64,000 bases of DNA, taken from contig CAWKDB010000010.1 in NCBI GenBank assembly GCA_963848295.1, forward strand, positions 2,432,001 through 2,496,000, written 5' to 3'. The notes below the pieces were generated by a model, which saw only the letters and a list, made by a program, of their open reading frames with translations, was not told the DNA's origin and made no database searches. This document shows positions 31,904 to 41,731 of this stretch, piece by piece. Each line of letters starts with the position of its first letter. Within the stretch, counting starts at the first letter, position 1. This stretch comes from an uncultured delta proteobacterium (GTDB lineage Bacteria > Myxococcota_A > Polyangia > Haliangiales > Haliangiaceae). A program made the translations under genes and the position numbers.

Positions 31904-32313
31904 TACAGCCCCCAGCTCTCGACGCGAAGGCCGTCAAAGGGCTCGAAGTGGTTCTTGTTAGCACTGACGAGCGTCGCGTCATTCACCGCCGCGATCGCCG
32001 CGATCTGGCCGTCTGCGAAGTCGACCGTGCGGCCACGTGCGGCCAACCGCGCGCGCTCGAGCGCGTGCCACTTGGCCGCTCGCTCGCCATACGAGAGCAC
32101 GGGGATGCCCGACACGACCTCGGTCATGAACCGCTCGAGCTCACCGCGGCGACGCCCCTTGACCATGCGCTCGATGCCGAACCACATCTCGTGAACGACC
32201 ACCGATGCCGTGACCAGGTCGGTCGCGTGCTTCGAGACCGCCCGCTCGACGGACGCATGAGGCCGAGGCCGGCACAGCGCCGCGAATATATTCGTGTCGA
32301 GGAGGTACGTCAC
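31903..32313 (-). CDS. vapC: PIN-domain toxin (VapC family)
   Basis: YLLDTNI; VVHEMWFG; DGQIAAIA; LVSANKNHF. Confidence 0.9.
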   Translation of the reverse strand: MTYLLDTNIFAALCRPRPHASVERAVSKHATDLVTASVVVHEMWFGIERMVKGRRRGELERFMTEVVSGIPVLSYGERAAKWHALERARLAARGRTVDFADGQIAAIAAVNDATLVSANKNHFEPFDGLRVESWGL

Positions 32314-32317
32314 GTTC

Positions 32318-32596
32318 CTACAGGCGGGTACGACGTCCAATCGATGGATCGCGCCACGCACGCACCTCGGACGCGGTCAGCCCCTCGAAGTCCGAGGGCA
32401 GGGACGCGCGCCATGCTCGTAACGCGTCGCCGAGCGCCGGACGCGCGGTGCTCAACTGGTCGAATTCGTCGCTCGATACGAGCACCGCGACCCGCTTGCC
32501 CCGCCGGGTCAGCTCGATCCGTTTGCCGCGCTCGACCTCGTGCACCAACCCCGTGAGGTGATCACGAGCCTCCGCGATCGACACTCGGCGCGACAT
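32318..32596 (-). CDS. Phd/YefM-family antitoxin
   Basis: MSRRVSIAEARDHLTGLVHEVERGKRIELTRRGKRVAVLVS. Confidence 0.9.
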   Translation of the reverse strand: MSRRVSIAEARDHLTGLVHEVERGKRIELTRRGKRVAVLVSSDEFDQLSTARPALGDALRAWRASLPSDFEGLTASEVRAWRDPSIGRRTRL

Positions 32597-32603
32597 GCCC
32601 CCA

Positions 32604-32632
32604 ATGATGGCCATGTCGATGGCCATCGTCAA
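32604..32632 (-). promoter_or_regulatory. Sigma70-type TA promoter with palindromic operator; probably leaderless
   Basis: Minus strand TTGACG-17 nt-CATCAT, 7 nt before ATG; two ATGGCCAT palindromes (32607-32614, 32619-32626) overlap the spacer and -10. Confidence 0.75.
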
Positions 32633-32642
32633 GACTTCTAGA

Positions 32643-33743
32643 TCACTGGGTCAGCTTCGAGATCCGCTTGACGCTCGCCCACACGAGGACGACGGCGAAC
32701 ACGAGGAGTGCGAGCACGTGGGTCGTCATCTCGAGCGGGCCGGCGTCGCGCAACACGATGCCGCGCATCACCGCGACCATGTGGGTCGCCGGCAGGATCT
32801 GGCCGATCGCCTGGAGCAGGAACGGCATGCCTTTGATCGGGAAGATGTAGCCCGACAAGAAGATCGACGGCAGCACGAGCATCTGCGCGGTCTGCATCGC
32901 CTCCATCTCGGTCTTCGCTCGGACCGAGATGAACAGGCCGAACGCGAGCAGCGCCGCGAGATAGACGACCATGATGCCGAACAGGAAGATCAGGCTGCCC
33001 TGGATCGGCACCGTGAAGCACCAGCGCATGATGATGAGAATCAACGCGGTCTCGCCGAGGCCGAGGAACATGTACGGCGCGACCTTGCCGAGCATCAGGC
33101 CGAGCGGATCGATCGGCGTGACCAACAACTGCTCCATCGTGCCGCGCTCGCGCTCGCGCACGATCGAGCCCGACGCCAAGAAGATCGCGATCATCTGCAT
33201 GAGGATCGCGACGAGGCCCGGGATGATGTAGTTCGCGGTCCGGCCCTCGGGGTTGAACAAGATGATCGGCTGGGCCTGCAACGGCATGCCGCCGCGCTCC
33301 GCTATGACTTGGAGATTCTCGTCGGCGACGACCCCGTTGATCGCGGCGAGCGCACCGGCGCTGACCGTCGAGTCCGAGCCGTCGATCAGCACGAGGATCT
33401 TGGCCGGCAGGTTGCGCGCCCGCAGGTCGTGATAGTCGGGTGGGATCACGATGCCGACTCCGGCCTTGCCCTGCGTGATCGCCTTGCGCGCCGCATCCGG
33501 GTTCGTCGTGACCTGGTCGATCTGGAACGTCTTCGTCGCGCGCAGCTTGTCCATCAGCTCGCGCGATTGCACCGAGCGATCTTGATCGACGATCACCGTC
33601 GGCACGTCGTGTACGGTCTGGTCGATGAAGCCGAACAGCAGCATCTGCATGATCGGCATCATCACGGTCACGATCAGCACGCCGCGATTGCGGCGGATGT
33701 GCAGCGTCTCCTTGCGGAACACCGCCCAGAACGACGACATCAT
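32643..33743 (-). CDS. ABC-2 transporter permease (YbhR/YbhS-like)
   Basis: [25 protein letters not shown]; about 6 TMs. Confidence 0.9.
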   Translation of the reverse strand: MMSSFWAVFRKETLHIRRNRGVLIVTVMMPIMQMLLFGFIDQTVHDVPTVIVDQDRSVQSRELMDKLRATKTFQIDQVTTNPDAARKAITQGKAGVGIVIPPDYHDLRARNLPAKILVLIDGSDSTVSAGALAAINGVVADENLQVIAERGGMPLQAQPIILFNPEGRTANYIIPGLVAILMQMIAIFLASGSIVRERERGTMEQLLVTPIDPLGLMLGKVAPYMFLGLGETALILIIMRWCFTVPIQGSLIFLFGIMVVYLAALLAFGLFISVRAKTEMEAMQTAQMLVLPSIFLSGYIFPIKGMPFLLQAIGQILPATHMVAVMRGIVLRDAGPLEMTTHVLALLVFAVVLVWASVKRISKLTQ

Positions 33744-34702
33744 TGGCCGACCTCCGGTTGCGATTCCGCCGCTTGCTCGGTCAGCGTGACGAACACGTCC
33801 TCGAGAGAGGCCGAGATGTCGCGCAGCTGCGCTTTCGGAAAGCCGGCGTCGTGCAAGCGATCGAGTAGATCGTCATCGCGCAGCGCGCGCCCGACCTCGG
33901 CATGGACCGCTTGGCCGAAGATCGTGGCGGCGGTGCAGAAGCCTTGACCGCGCAACCACGCGAGAGCCCGCGCGGTCTGCGGCGTCTCGATCTCGACCCG
34001 CCGCGTCTCCTGGTGATTGACCTGCGGCAGCTGCTTCAGTTGCTCGGGCGTGCCGCTGACGAGCAACCGCGACAAGTACAGGTAGCCGACCTCGCCGCAG
34101 CGCTCGGCTTCGTCCATGTAGTGCGTCGTGACGAGCAGCGTGATGCCCTGCGCGGCGAGATCGAACAGCAGGTCCCACAGCTCGCGGCGCGCGACCGGAT
34201 CGATGCCGGCGGTCGGCTCGTCGAGAAACACGACGCGCGGCTCGTGCATGAGCGTCGCGCCGAGCGCGAGCCGTTGCTTCCATCCGCCGGACAGCTGACC
34301 GGCGAGCCGATCGATGTACGGCTCGATATGCGTCAGATGGATCGCCGCGTCGCGCCGCTCGAGCTTCCTGGCGCCGCGCAAGCCGTACACCGAGGCGTAG
34401 AAGTCGAGGTTCTCGCGCACGGTGAGGTCCTCGTAGAGCGAGAACTTCTGGCTCATGTAGCCGATGTGACGGCGAATCTCTTCGCCGTCTTTGACGACGT
34501 CGAGCCCGAGCACGCTCGCGCTGCCCTCGGTCGGAGCGAGCAAGCCGCACAAGATCCGGATCAGCGTCGACTTGCCCGAGCCGTTCGGCCCGAGCAGACC
34601 GTAGACCTGTCCGGTCTCGACGCTGAGGCTGACGTCGCGCAGCGCCATGAAGGTGCCGAACGCGCGCGACACGTGGTTGACCGAGATCGTGTGATCACTC
34701 AC
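33740..34702 (-). CDS. ABC transporter ATP-binding protein (YbhF-like)
   Basis: [31 protein letters not shown]. Confidence 0.93.
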   Translation of the reverse strand: MSDHTISVNHVSRAFGTFMALRDVSLSVETGQVYGLLGPNGSGKSTLIRILCGLLAPTEGSASVLGLDVVKDGEEIRRHIGYMSQKFSLYEDLTVRENLDFYASVYGLRGARKLERRDAAIHLTHIEPYIDRLAGQLSGGWKQRLALGATLMHEPRVVFLDEPTAGIDPVARRELWDLLFDLAAQGITLLVTTHYMDEAERCGEVGYLYLSRLLVSGTPEQLKQLPQVNHQETRRVEIETPQTARALAWLRGQGFCTAATIFGQAVHAEVGRALRDDDLLDRLHDAGFPKAQLRDISASLEDVFVTLTEQAAESQPEVGQ

Positions 34703-35846
34703 GCGGCACCTGGATGAACGCGGCCATGCCCGCCTTCAGCTTGTCGGCACCGGTCTCGATCCCGACGCGAGTCGCGAATACCTGGTCGGCGCGCTCGTCC
34801 GCGGTCTGCAAGTTGCGCGGCGAGTACTCGCCGACCGAGTTGATGTGCTCGACGACGCCGGTGAAGGCCGTGTCGCCAAACGAATCGACCGTGATCGGGA
34901 CCTTCTGGCCGACCTTGATGTGGCCGAGCTGGGTCTCGGGCACGTAGATCCGCACGAACAGCTGGCCGTCCTCGAGCAGCGTCGCGGCGGTCGCGTTCGG
35001 CGCGATGATGTCGCCCGGTCGGAGATCGAGCGCCTCGACCCGGGCCGCGCGCGGCGCGCGAATGACGAGCTCGGCGATCATCGTCTTGATCTGATCGACC
35101 TTGCCTTGCGCGGCTTCGACCTGAGCCTTGGCGGCGCGGATGTCTTCGACCCGCGGCCCGGCGGTAACGAGCTTCTCCGACGCGAGCTGCTCCGCGGTGC
35201 GCGCCGCGGCTTGCGCTTTGTCTTCGCGTCGCGCGCCGTTCTGGAGCTCGATCAGCTGCGCCTCGAGCGCGTCGCGCTGTGCGACCGCGGCCTTGAGCCC
35301 GATGTCGGCATTGTCGACCTCGGCGGGGATCGCCGCGCCCGCCGCCGCGAGCTTGTGCTGCCGCTGTGCGTCTTGCTGCGCTTTCTCGACCGCGAGCTGC
35401 TGCGCTTGCAACCGCGCCTGCGCGGCGACGATCTGCTCCGGCCGCGTGCCGGCGTTCGTCTCTTGCTGAGCCGCAACGACGGTCTCGAACCGCGCCTTGG
35501 CTTCGGCGATCTCCTCGGGCCGCGAGCCGGCTTCGAGCTTCTCGAAGTTCGCCTGCATCTGCGCGAGCTGACCCTGCGCCTGCTCGAGCTGGGCCGGCCA
35601 ATCGCCGGGCTCGATCTCGATCAGCGGCTGATCGGCGATGACGTGGTCGCCTTCATGGACGAGCACGTCCTTGACACGGCCGCCGGCGCGCGAGCCGAGG
35701 TCCATCGTGTGTGCTTCGACCGTGCCGCTCCATTCGTATGGCGCGTGGGCGAGCTGCCAGCGATGGACGCCGTACCAGCCGAGCCCACCGAGGATCAGGA
35801 CGATCGGAAGGAACCGCGCAGGCGACTTCTTGGGAGCGGGACTCAT
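34695..35846 (-). CDS. HlyD-family membrane fusion protein (YbhG-like)
   Basis: [13 protein letters not shown]; coiled coil; [17 protein letters not shown]. Confidence 0.9.
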   Translation of the reverse strand: MSPAPKKSPARFLPIVLILGGLGWYGVHRWQLAHAPYEWSGTVEAHTMDLGSRAGGRVKDVLVHEGDHVIADQPLIEIEPGDWPAQLEQAQGQLAQMQANFEKLEAGSRPEEIAEAKARFETVVAAQQETNAGTRPEQIVAAQARLQAQQLAVEKAQQDAQRQHKLAAAGAAIPAEVDNADIGLKAAVAQRDALEAQLIELQNGARREDKAQAAARTAEQLASEKLVTAGPRVEDIRAAKAQVEAAQGKVDQIKTMIAELVIRAPRAARVEALDLRPGDIIAPNATAATLLEDGQLFVRIYVPETQLGHIKVGQKVPITVDSFGDTAFTGVVEHINSVGEYSPRNLQTADERADQVFATRVGIETGADKLKAGMAAFIQVPRE

Positions 35847-37246
35847 CGGGTGGCCTTCGCGACGCCCGGGAACGCACCCGAAGCGCGACGCAGTTGGAGA
35901 TCAGCGAGCGACGAATCGAAGTGCGCTTGCGCGAGCGCCACTTCGGCCGAGACGAGAGAATCTTGCGCTTCCAACACGTCGAGCTGCCTGGCCGTGCCGG
36001 CATCGTACTGCGCCTTGACGAGCCGCAGGGTCTCGGTCGCGAGCGCGACGGTGTGCTGTGCCGAGGTCACGCCGCGGCGCTTCGTGCCGAGCGTGCCGAT
36101 CGCGTTCTGGATCTCGTCGCTGACCGAATCGCCGAGCAGATCGAGCCGCGCTTCGGCTTCGGCCCGCTGGGCATGCGCTTGCGAGCGTTGTGCGTCCCGC
36201 AGGCTGCCGTCGTACAGCACCCAATCGAGCTGTAGGCCGACCGCCCAGGAGTACTTGTCGCCCGAGAACCCGGCGTAGTTGAACGCTCGCAGGTTGCCGA
36301 ACGCCGACAGCGAGGGCGACCACCTCCAACCGGCTGCGCGAGCATTCGCCGCCGCCGCCGCGATCGTCTCGCGTTGCACCGCGAACTCCGGTCGCGACTT
36401 GCGCGCTTCGCCGACGAGCTCGTCGATCCCAGCCGGCGGCAGATCCGCAACCTGGGCCGGCTTCAAGACCAGCGTCTCGTGCGTACCGAGCAGCGTGCCG
36501 AGTGCGCGATACGCCTGGCCGCGCGAGTTCTCGGCTTCGGCCTGATCTTGCTCGGCGCGGACCAGCGCGGTTTCGGCGCGCGTGACGTCGACCTGATTCG
36601 CGACGTCGGCCGCGACCCGCGCCTTCGCGTTGTCGAACGTGTCCTTCGCGACCTCGACCGCGTGGCGGCGCGCGACGACGAGCTCGTCGTTACCGGCCGC
36701 CGCATAGTAGGCGACCGCGACGCCGACGAGCACGGTCGCGAGCGTGACGTCGTAGCTCGCGCCGTTCGCGCGCTGGGACAGCTTTGCCGCCGACCACGAT
36801 TCGAGCGAAGCCGGCGCGAGCAGCGGCACGGTCGCGTTGAGCCCGAAGTCGAGTTGCTCCTCTTTCTGGATCACGATCGGGGCCTCGGCCGCGAGCTGGC
36901 CGGACAGGGCCTGCTCGTATCCCGCGATCGCGCCGGCGAGCGCCGGCTCTGCGGTGGCGCCTTTGATCACGTCGGCGAGCGCGGTCGTCGGCGCGGTGAA
37001 CTGCCCCAAGTCGAGATCGACCTCTTTGTAGTTGTGCGTATACTTGCCCTGCGCCGAGACATTCGGCAGCAAACCGGCGCGGGCAATGTCGACCGTCGCT
37101 GCGGTCTGCGCGAGCCGCGCCTGCGCGACCCGGAGATCGCGGTTGTTCGCACGGGCGAGCGCGAGCGCATCATCGAGCGTCAACACCCGATCGGCATGCG
37201 CGATCGCCGGGACCGTCGCCAAGCCGAGGGCCAGCAGGAATCTCAT
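35843..37246 (-). CDS. TolC-family outer membrane protein
   Basis: Signal peptide; LTLDDALALA; two OEP repeats; YDAGTARQLDVLEAQ. Confidence 0.9.
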   Translation of the reverse strand: MRFLLALGLATVPAIAHADRVLTLDDALALARANNRDLRVAQARLAQTAATVDIARAGLLPNVSAQGKYTHNYKEVDLDLGQFTAPTTALADVIKGATAEPALAGAIAGYEQALSGQLAAEAPIVIQKEEQLDFGLNATVPLLAPASLESWSAAKLSQRANGASYDVTLATVLVGVAVAYYAAAGNDELVVARRHAVEVAKDTFDNAKARVAADVANQVDVTRAETALVRAEQDQAEAENSRGQAYRALGTLLGTHETLVLKPAQVADLPPAGIDELVGEARKSRPEFAVQRETIAAAAANARAAGWRWSPSLSAFGNLRAFNYAGFSGDKYSWAVGLQLDWVLYDGSLRDAQRSQAHAQRAEAEARLDLLGDSVSDEIQNAIGTLGTKRRGVTSAQHTVALATETLRLVKAQYDAGTARQLDVLEAQDSLVSAEVALAQAHFDSSLADLQLRRASGAFPGVAKATR

Positions 37247-37363
37247 AGCGCGGACGTTTGCACGCCCGGTGCCACGAAGCGGGCTTTGGTCACATCGATG
37301 TTCGTGGCCGGCGTGTCGGGGCCCCTTTCAGGCTGTAAGGTTCCTCGACAGCCAAAAAGTGTT

Positions 37364-38461
37364 ATGGACCCAGGGATGCTCTCGCCGACCCCACCGACCT
37401 TGTCGATCGTGGCACCGGCGTACAACGAAGAGCGCAACTTACCCGCGTTCCTCGCGGCGATCGTGCCGATCCTGGAGCGGCTCGGCGAGACGTTCGAGAT
37501 CGTGTTCGTCGACGACGGCAGCCGTGACAACACGCTCGCGTTCCTCGCCGCCGCGGCGTCGCAAGACCGCCGGCTAAAGGTCATCGGCCTCGCCCGCAAC
37601 TTCGGCAAAGACATCGCGCTATCGGCCGGGCTCGCCGCCGCGACCGGCCGGGCCGTCATCCCGATCGATTGCGACCTGCAGCATCCGCCCGAGCTGATCC
37701 CTGCGTTCGTCGCGAAGTGGCGCGAGGGCTTCGACATGGTGATCGGCGTGCGCAGCCGGCGCGACGAGGAGAGCCCGATGCGGCGCTGGGCGTCGCGGAC
37801 CTACTACAAGGTCATGCGGATGATGACGAGCGTCGAGATTCCGCCGAACGCCGGGGACTTCCGGCTGATCGATCGCAAGATCGTCGACGTCATCGCGCAG
37901 ATGCCGGAGCGCCACCGGTTCATGAAGGGCATCTTCGCGTGGCCCGGGTTTCGCGTCGCGTCGATCGATTTCCAAGCGAACGTGCGCGCGAACGAGACCC
38001 GCAGCTCGTGGAGCTTTTTCCGGCTGTGGCGATTCGCGCTCGACGGGTTGTTCTCGTTCTCGACCGCGCCGCTCAAGCTGTGGACGTACGTCGGCGCGCT
38101 GTCCGCGTTCGGCGCGTTCGTCTACCTCGTGATCACGTTGGTCCAGAAGATCTTCTTCGGGATCAGCGCGCCCGGCTACGCGTCGCTGTTGATCGTGCTG
38201 CTGTTCGTCGGTGGCTTGCTGTTGATCAGCAACGGCATCCAGGGCGAGTACATCGCGCGGATCTTCGAAGAGGTCAAAGGCCGGCCGCTCTACGTCGTCG
38301 CGCGCACGTTCGGCTTCGAGCCGGTCGCCGCGGTCGCCGCGGTGTCGATCGAGCCGGTGACCGCACCGAACGCCGAGCCGCCGGCGATGGAACCAGGCAA
38401 ATTGCCGCGCCGCGAGCTGCCCAAGCCGACCAAGCCGCCGGTTCCGCGCAGCACCCCGTAG
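37364..38461 (+). CDS. GT2 bactoprenol glycosyltransferase (GtrB-like)
   Basis: PAYNEE; VDDGSRD; RNFGKD; IDCDLQHPPE; GDFRLIDR; GEYIARIFEEVKGRPLY. Confidence 0.9.
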   Translation: MDPGMLSPTPPTLSIVAPAYNEERNLPAFLAAIVPILERLGETFEIVFVDDGSRDNTLAFLAAAASQDRRLKVIGLARNFGKDIALSAGLAAATGRAVIPIDCDLQHPPELIPAFVAKWREGFDMVIGVRSRRDEESPMRRWASRTYYKVMRMMTSVEIPPNAGDFRLIDRKIVDVIAQMPERHRFMKGIFAWPGFRVASIDFQANVRANETRSSWSFFRLWRFALDGLFSFSTAPLKLWTYVGALSAFGAFVYLVITLVQKIFFGISAPGYASLLIVLLFVGGLLLISNGIQGEYIARIFEEVKGRPLYVVARTFGFEPVAAVAAVSIEPVTAPNAEPPAMEPGKLPRRELPKPTKPPVPRSTP

Positions 38462-38465
38462 GACC

Positions 38466-40364
38466 GTGGCCGGAAAAGCTGATATCGCCGCAGCGATGCC
38501 GACGTGGCTGGGGCGCGTGCTGCGCGTGCTGTTCGCGCTCTACGTGATCGCGACGGTGATCCACATCGGCTATATCGTCGCGCACGAGCCGTTCGCGTTC
38601 GATGCCTGGAACGTCGCGGCCGACACCCACGCGCAGCCGATCACGCCGGGCCGGTTCTTCAACTACTGGCTGTTCGAGTACACGCACTCGAACCCGCGGT
38701 TCGGTCAGCCGCTGACGTACTTCGCGTACAAGCTCGATGACTTCGCGGTCATCGCGACGCCGCTCGCGTTCGTCGCGATCTCGCTCGCGGTCACCGTGCT
38801 CGGGCTCGCGCGCTGGCCGTTCCGGCGCGGCCGCGACCTCGCGCTGTGGGCGATCGCGCTCGGCTTCGCGTGGTTCGCGTATCCGCAGATCGGCAAGACG
38901 CTGTTCTGCCGCGCGTACTGCGCGAACTACGTCTACGGCGCCGCGATCCAGCTGTGGTTCCTCGTGCCGATCCGGTTCGCCCACGCGCGCGGTGGCACGG
39001 CGAGCACGGCGGCGTGCGCCGCGTACTTCGCGTTCGGCATCATCGCCGGCCTGTGCAACGAGCACACCGGCCCGACGCTCGTCGTGTACATGCTCGCATA
39101 TGCGGCGTGGATGCAGCACAAGACCGGCGCGCGCCCGACGCTGATCTGGAGTGGCGCGTTCGGCGCGGTCATCGGCTTCGCCGCGATCTTCTTCGCGCCC
39201 GGCCAAGGCGAGCGCTACGAAGGCGCGATCCAGAAGGTCTCGCTCGTCGGCCGGATGCTGAACCGCGGAATCGCCGGCAACCTCGACATCTTGCGCGAGC
39301 TCGTGCTCGCGGCGGCGCCGTTGCTCGCGTTGCTCGCGATCGCCGCGGTCATCGGTGCACGCGATCGGCCGAACGAAGGGCAGCAGCTCGCGCGCCGTCG
39401 CGCGGTGCGGTTCGTCGGCATGGCGATGTTCGCCGGCGTGACGATGGCGTGCACGATCTTCGTCTCGCCGAAGCTCGGCCCGCGGTTCTTTCTCGGTTCG
39501 ATGACGTTGCTGCTCGCCGGGTTCATCGGCGTCGCCGAGGCGATGCTGCCGACCGGACGTCGGCTCGCGCCATTCGTCGCGCTCGCGCTCGCCGCGTCCA
39601 GCTTCGCCGCGACCCATACGATCCCCCTGTTCGGCCGACTCCATCGCGAGAGTGACGCGCGCCTCGCCGCGCTCGCCGCGAGCAAGCCGGGCAGCGTGTT
39701 CGTCGCCGACGCGTTCGAGCAGGTCGAGGATTCGTGGTGGTTCCTCGGCGACGACTTCCGCGACATTCGCAAGCGCGAGATGGTCGCGACCTACTTCGAT
39801 CTCGCAGGCGTGGTGTTCCGCGCGTACGACGTCACCGCTCCGCTCGGCACCACCGGCGTCGAGTACGTGCCGCGCGCGACGCTAGATCCGCCCGGCTGTC
39901 TCGACACCGTCGGCGGGTTCGCGTTCACGTCGACGCGCGGCTACGACATCTCGGGGATGTTCGACGAGCTCCACGTCGCGATCGCGGCACTGCGCGAGCA
40001 GCTCGCCGGCCGCGCGAAGCTGGTGCAGCTCGATATGCTCGTCGAGGTCGAAGGGACGCACCCGCCGCTGCCGCGCAAGGACGTGATGGTCGCGCGCTGG
40101 CGGCCGGATCGGTTCGAAGGCTGGACGGCGCAAGTCGAGCGCAGCAAGCACTCGAAGACGCGCGTCGTCGTGTTGTCCAAAGAGCTCAAGGCCACCGACT
40201 TCGAGATCTACGCGTACGAGGTCGGCGGCGACGCCAAGGCGATCGGCGATACGCACAGCGCCGAGCTCGAGTTCGTCCCGTGGAAGACCGGTACCTACTG
40301 GGTGCTCGCGTGCCGGACCGACGAGTGCTTCGTGATCTCGGCGTCGCGCCAGGTCGGCGGATGA
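38466..40364 (+). CDS. DUF6056-like polytopic membrane protein (putative GT-C)
   Basis: EPFAFDAW; NPRFGQ; ANYVY; GLCNEHTGP; FAPGQ..RY. Confidence 0.65.
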   Translation: MAGKADIAAAMPTWLGRVLRVLFALYVIATVIHIGYIVAHEPFAFDAWNVAADTHAQPITPGRFFNYWLFEYTHSNPRFGQPLTYFAYKLDDFAVIATPLAFVAISLAVTVLGLARWPFRRGRDLALWAIALGFAWFAYPQIGKTLFCRAYCANYVYGAAIQLWFLVPIRFAHARGGTASTAACAAYFAFGIIAGLCNEHTGPTLVVYMLAYAAWMQHKTGARPTLIWSGAFGAVIGFAAIFFAPGQGERYEGAIQKVSLVGRMLNRGIAGNLDILRELVLAAAPLLALLAIAAVIGARDRPNEGQQLARRRAVRFVGMAMFAGVTMACTIFVSPKLGPRFFLGSMTLLLAGFIGVAEAMLPTGRRLAPFVALALAASSFAATHTIPLFGRLHRESDARLAALAASKPGSVFVADAFEQVEDSWWFLGDDFRDIRKREMVATYFDLAGVVFRAYDVTAPLGTTGVEYVPRATLDPPGCLDTVGGFAFTSTRGYDISGMFDELHVAIAALREQLAGRAKLVQLDMLVEVEGTHPPLPRKDVMVARWRPDRFEGWTAQVERSKHSKTRVVVLSKELKATDFEIYAYEVGGDAKAIGDTHSAELEFVPWKTGTYWVLACRTDECFVISASRQVGG

Positions 40365-41722
40365 CGATGCCGCGGTCGTCGCGCGCTGCGATCGCGGTGT
40401 GGGCGGCGCTCGTCGTGCCGGTCTACATGGTGTGCGTGCTGTGCACGCACTGGGAGCCGGTGATGCTCGACGGCTGGGGGCACTTCGCGAACCACCGCCA
40501 CAACGACGTTCACCCGTGGCTGTTCGCGAAGGCCGCTTACCTCGGCGGCAATCCACGCTTCGGCCAAGTGCTGACCTATCTGTTGTACACGCCGGGCCCG
40601 TGGCACGTGTTGATCACGCCGGTCGTCGAGCTCGGCATGTTCTACCTCCTCGCGGCGCTCGCGCTCGGGCGCTGGCCGCAGCTGAGGCAGTTCGACGATG
40701 CGCTCGTGTTTGCGGCCGTGGTCATGCTCGTGCTCGCAGCTGGTCCGGCGTTCGGACAGATGCTGTTCTACCGGCCGTACACCGGAAACTATCTCTACGG
40801 GCTCGTGATCACGCTCGCGTTGCTCCTCCCATATCGGTTTTTCGCCGAGCGTGCGAGACCGCGGCGGTCGTGGCCCGTCGAGATCGTGCTCGCGAGCGCG
40901 ATGCTCGTGCTCGGGCTCGTCACCGGCATGTGCAACGAGCACACCGGCCCGACCGTACTCGCGATCATCGGCTTCGCGATCGTGGCGTTCGTGCGGCGCG
41001 GCGACCGGTTGCGACCGTGGATGCTCGCCGGTGCGGTCGGGATGCTCGCCGGAGGGCTCGCCCTGTACTTCGCGCCCGGTCAAGACATTCGCTATAGCGG
41101 GCTCGCCAAGCAACCGCTGCTCGACGTGATCGGCGATCGCGGCATCGGCGGCAACCTCCGGGTCGTGTTCGGGACATTCGGCTACGCGTCGCCCGCCGCC
41201 GTGGCACTTGCGCTCGGCTGGTTCGCGCGCAGGTCGGGCGGCGCCGAGCCGATATCGCGTCCGCGCGTCTGGACGATCTACGTCGCGCTCGCGGCGGCGA
41301 TGCTGATCTCGCTGACGCTGCTAGTCTCGCCGAAACAGGGCCCGCGGCTCCACTTCGCTCCGGTCATCGCGATCTGCGTCGCGCTCGCGAGCTGGCTCGT
41401 GCCGCAACTCCGCGTCCGATGGTCGCGGATCGTGTTCGGCGTGCTCGTCGCCGGGGTCGTGTGCTTCGTGTCCGAACGGCTGCTCGTCAGCTACGCGACG
41501 CTCGACGACGAGTTCACCGCGCGGCTCGACGCGCTCGATCACGCCCCGAAGGGCAGCGTCATCGCCTTGCCGCTGTATTCGATCGGCCGCTCGAGGTGGG
41601 TGATCGGCGATGACTTCGCGATTCGCTCGTCGCGCGAGCGCCGGGCCAGGGAGTGGGGCCTCGCGCGCATCGATGTCTCGGGACGGCAACCGACCGCAGC
41701 GGAGAGCGGCGACGAGCGGTAA
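40361..41722 (+). CDS. DUF6056-like paralog
   Basis: ATGA overlap; EPVMLDGW; NPRFGQ; GNYLY; GMCNEHTGP; FAPGQ..RY. Confidence 0.65.
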   Translation: MTMPRSSRAAIAVWAALVVPVYMVCVLCTHWEPVMLDGWGHFANHRHNDVHPWLFAKAAYLGGNPRFGQVLTYLLYTPGPWHVLITPVVELGMFYLLAALALGRWPQLRQFDDALVFAAVVMLVLAAGPAFGQMLFYRPYTGNYLYGLVITLALLLPYRFFAERARPRRSWPVEIVLASAMLVLGLVTGMCNEHTGPTVLAIIGFAIVAFVRRGDRLRPWMLAGAVGMLAGGLALYFAPGQDIRYSGLAKQPLLDVIGDRGIGGNLRVVFGTFGYASPAAVALALGWFARRSGGAEPISRPRVWTIYVALAAAMLISLTLLVSPKQGPRLHFAPVIAICVALASWLVPQLRVRWSRIVFGVLVAGVVCFVSERLLVSYATLDDEFTARLDALDHAPKGSVIALPLYSIGRSRWVIGDDFAIRSSRERRAREWGLARIDVSGRQPTAAESGDER

Positions 41723-41731
41723 GATAACGCG

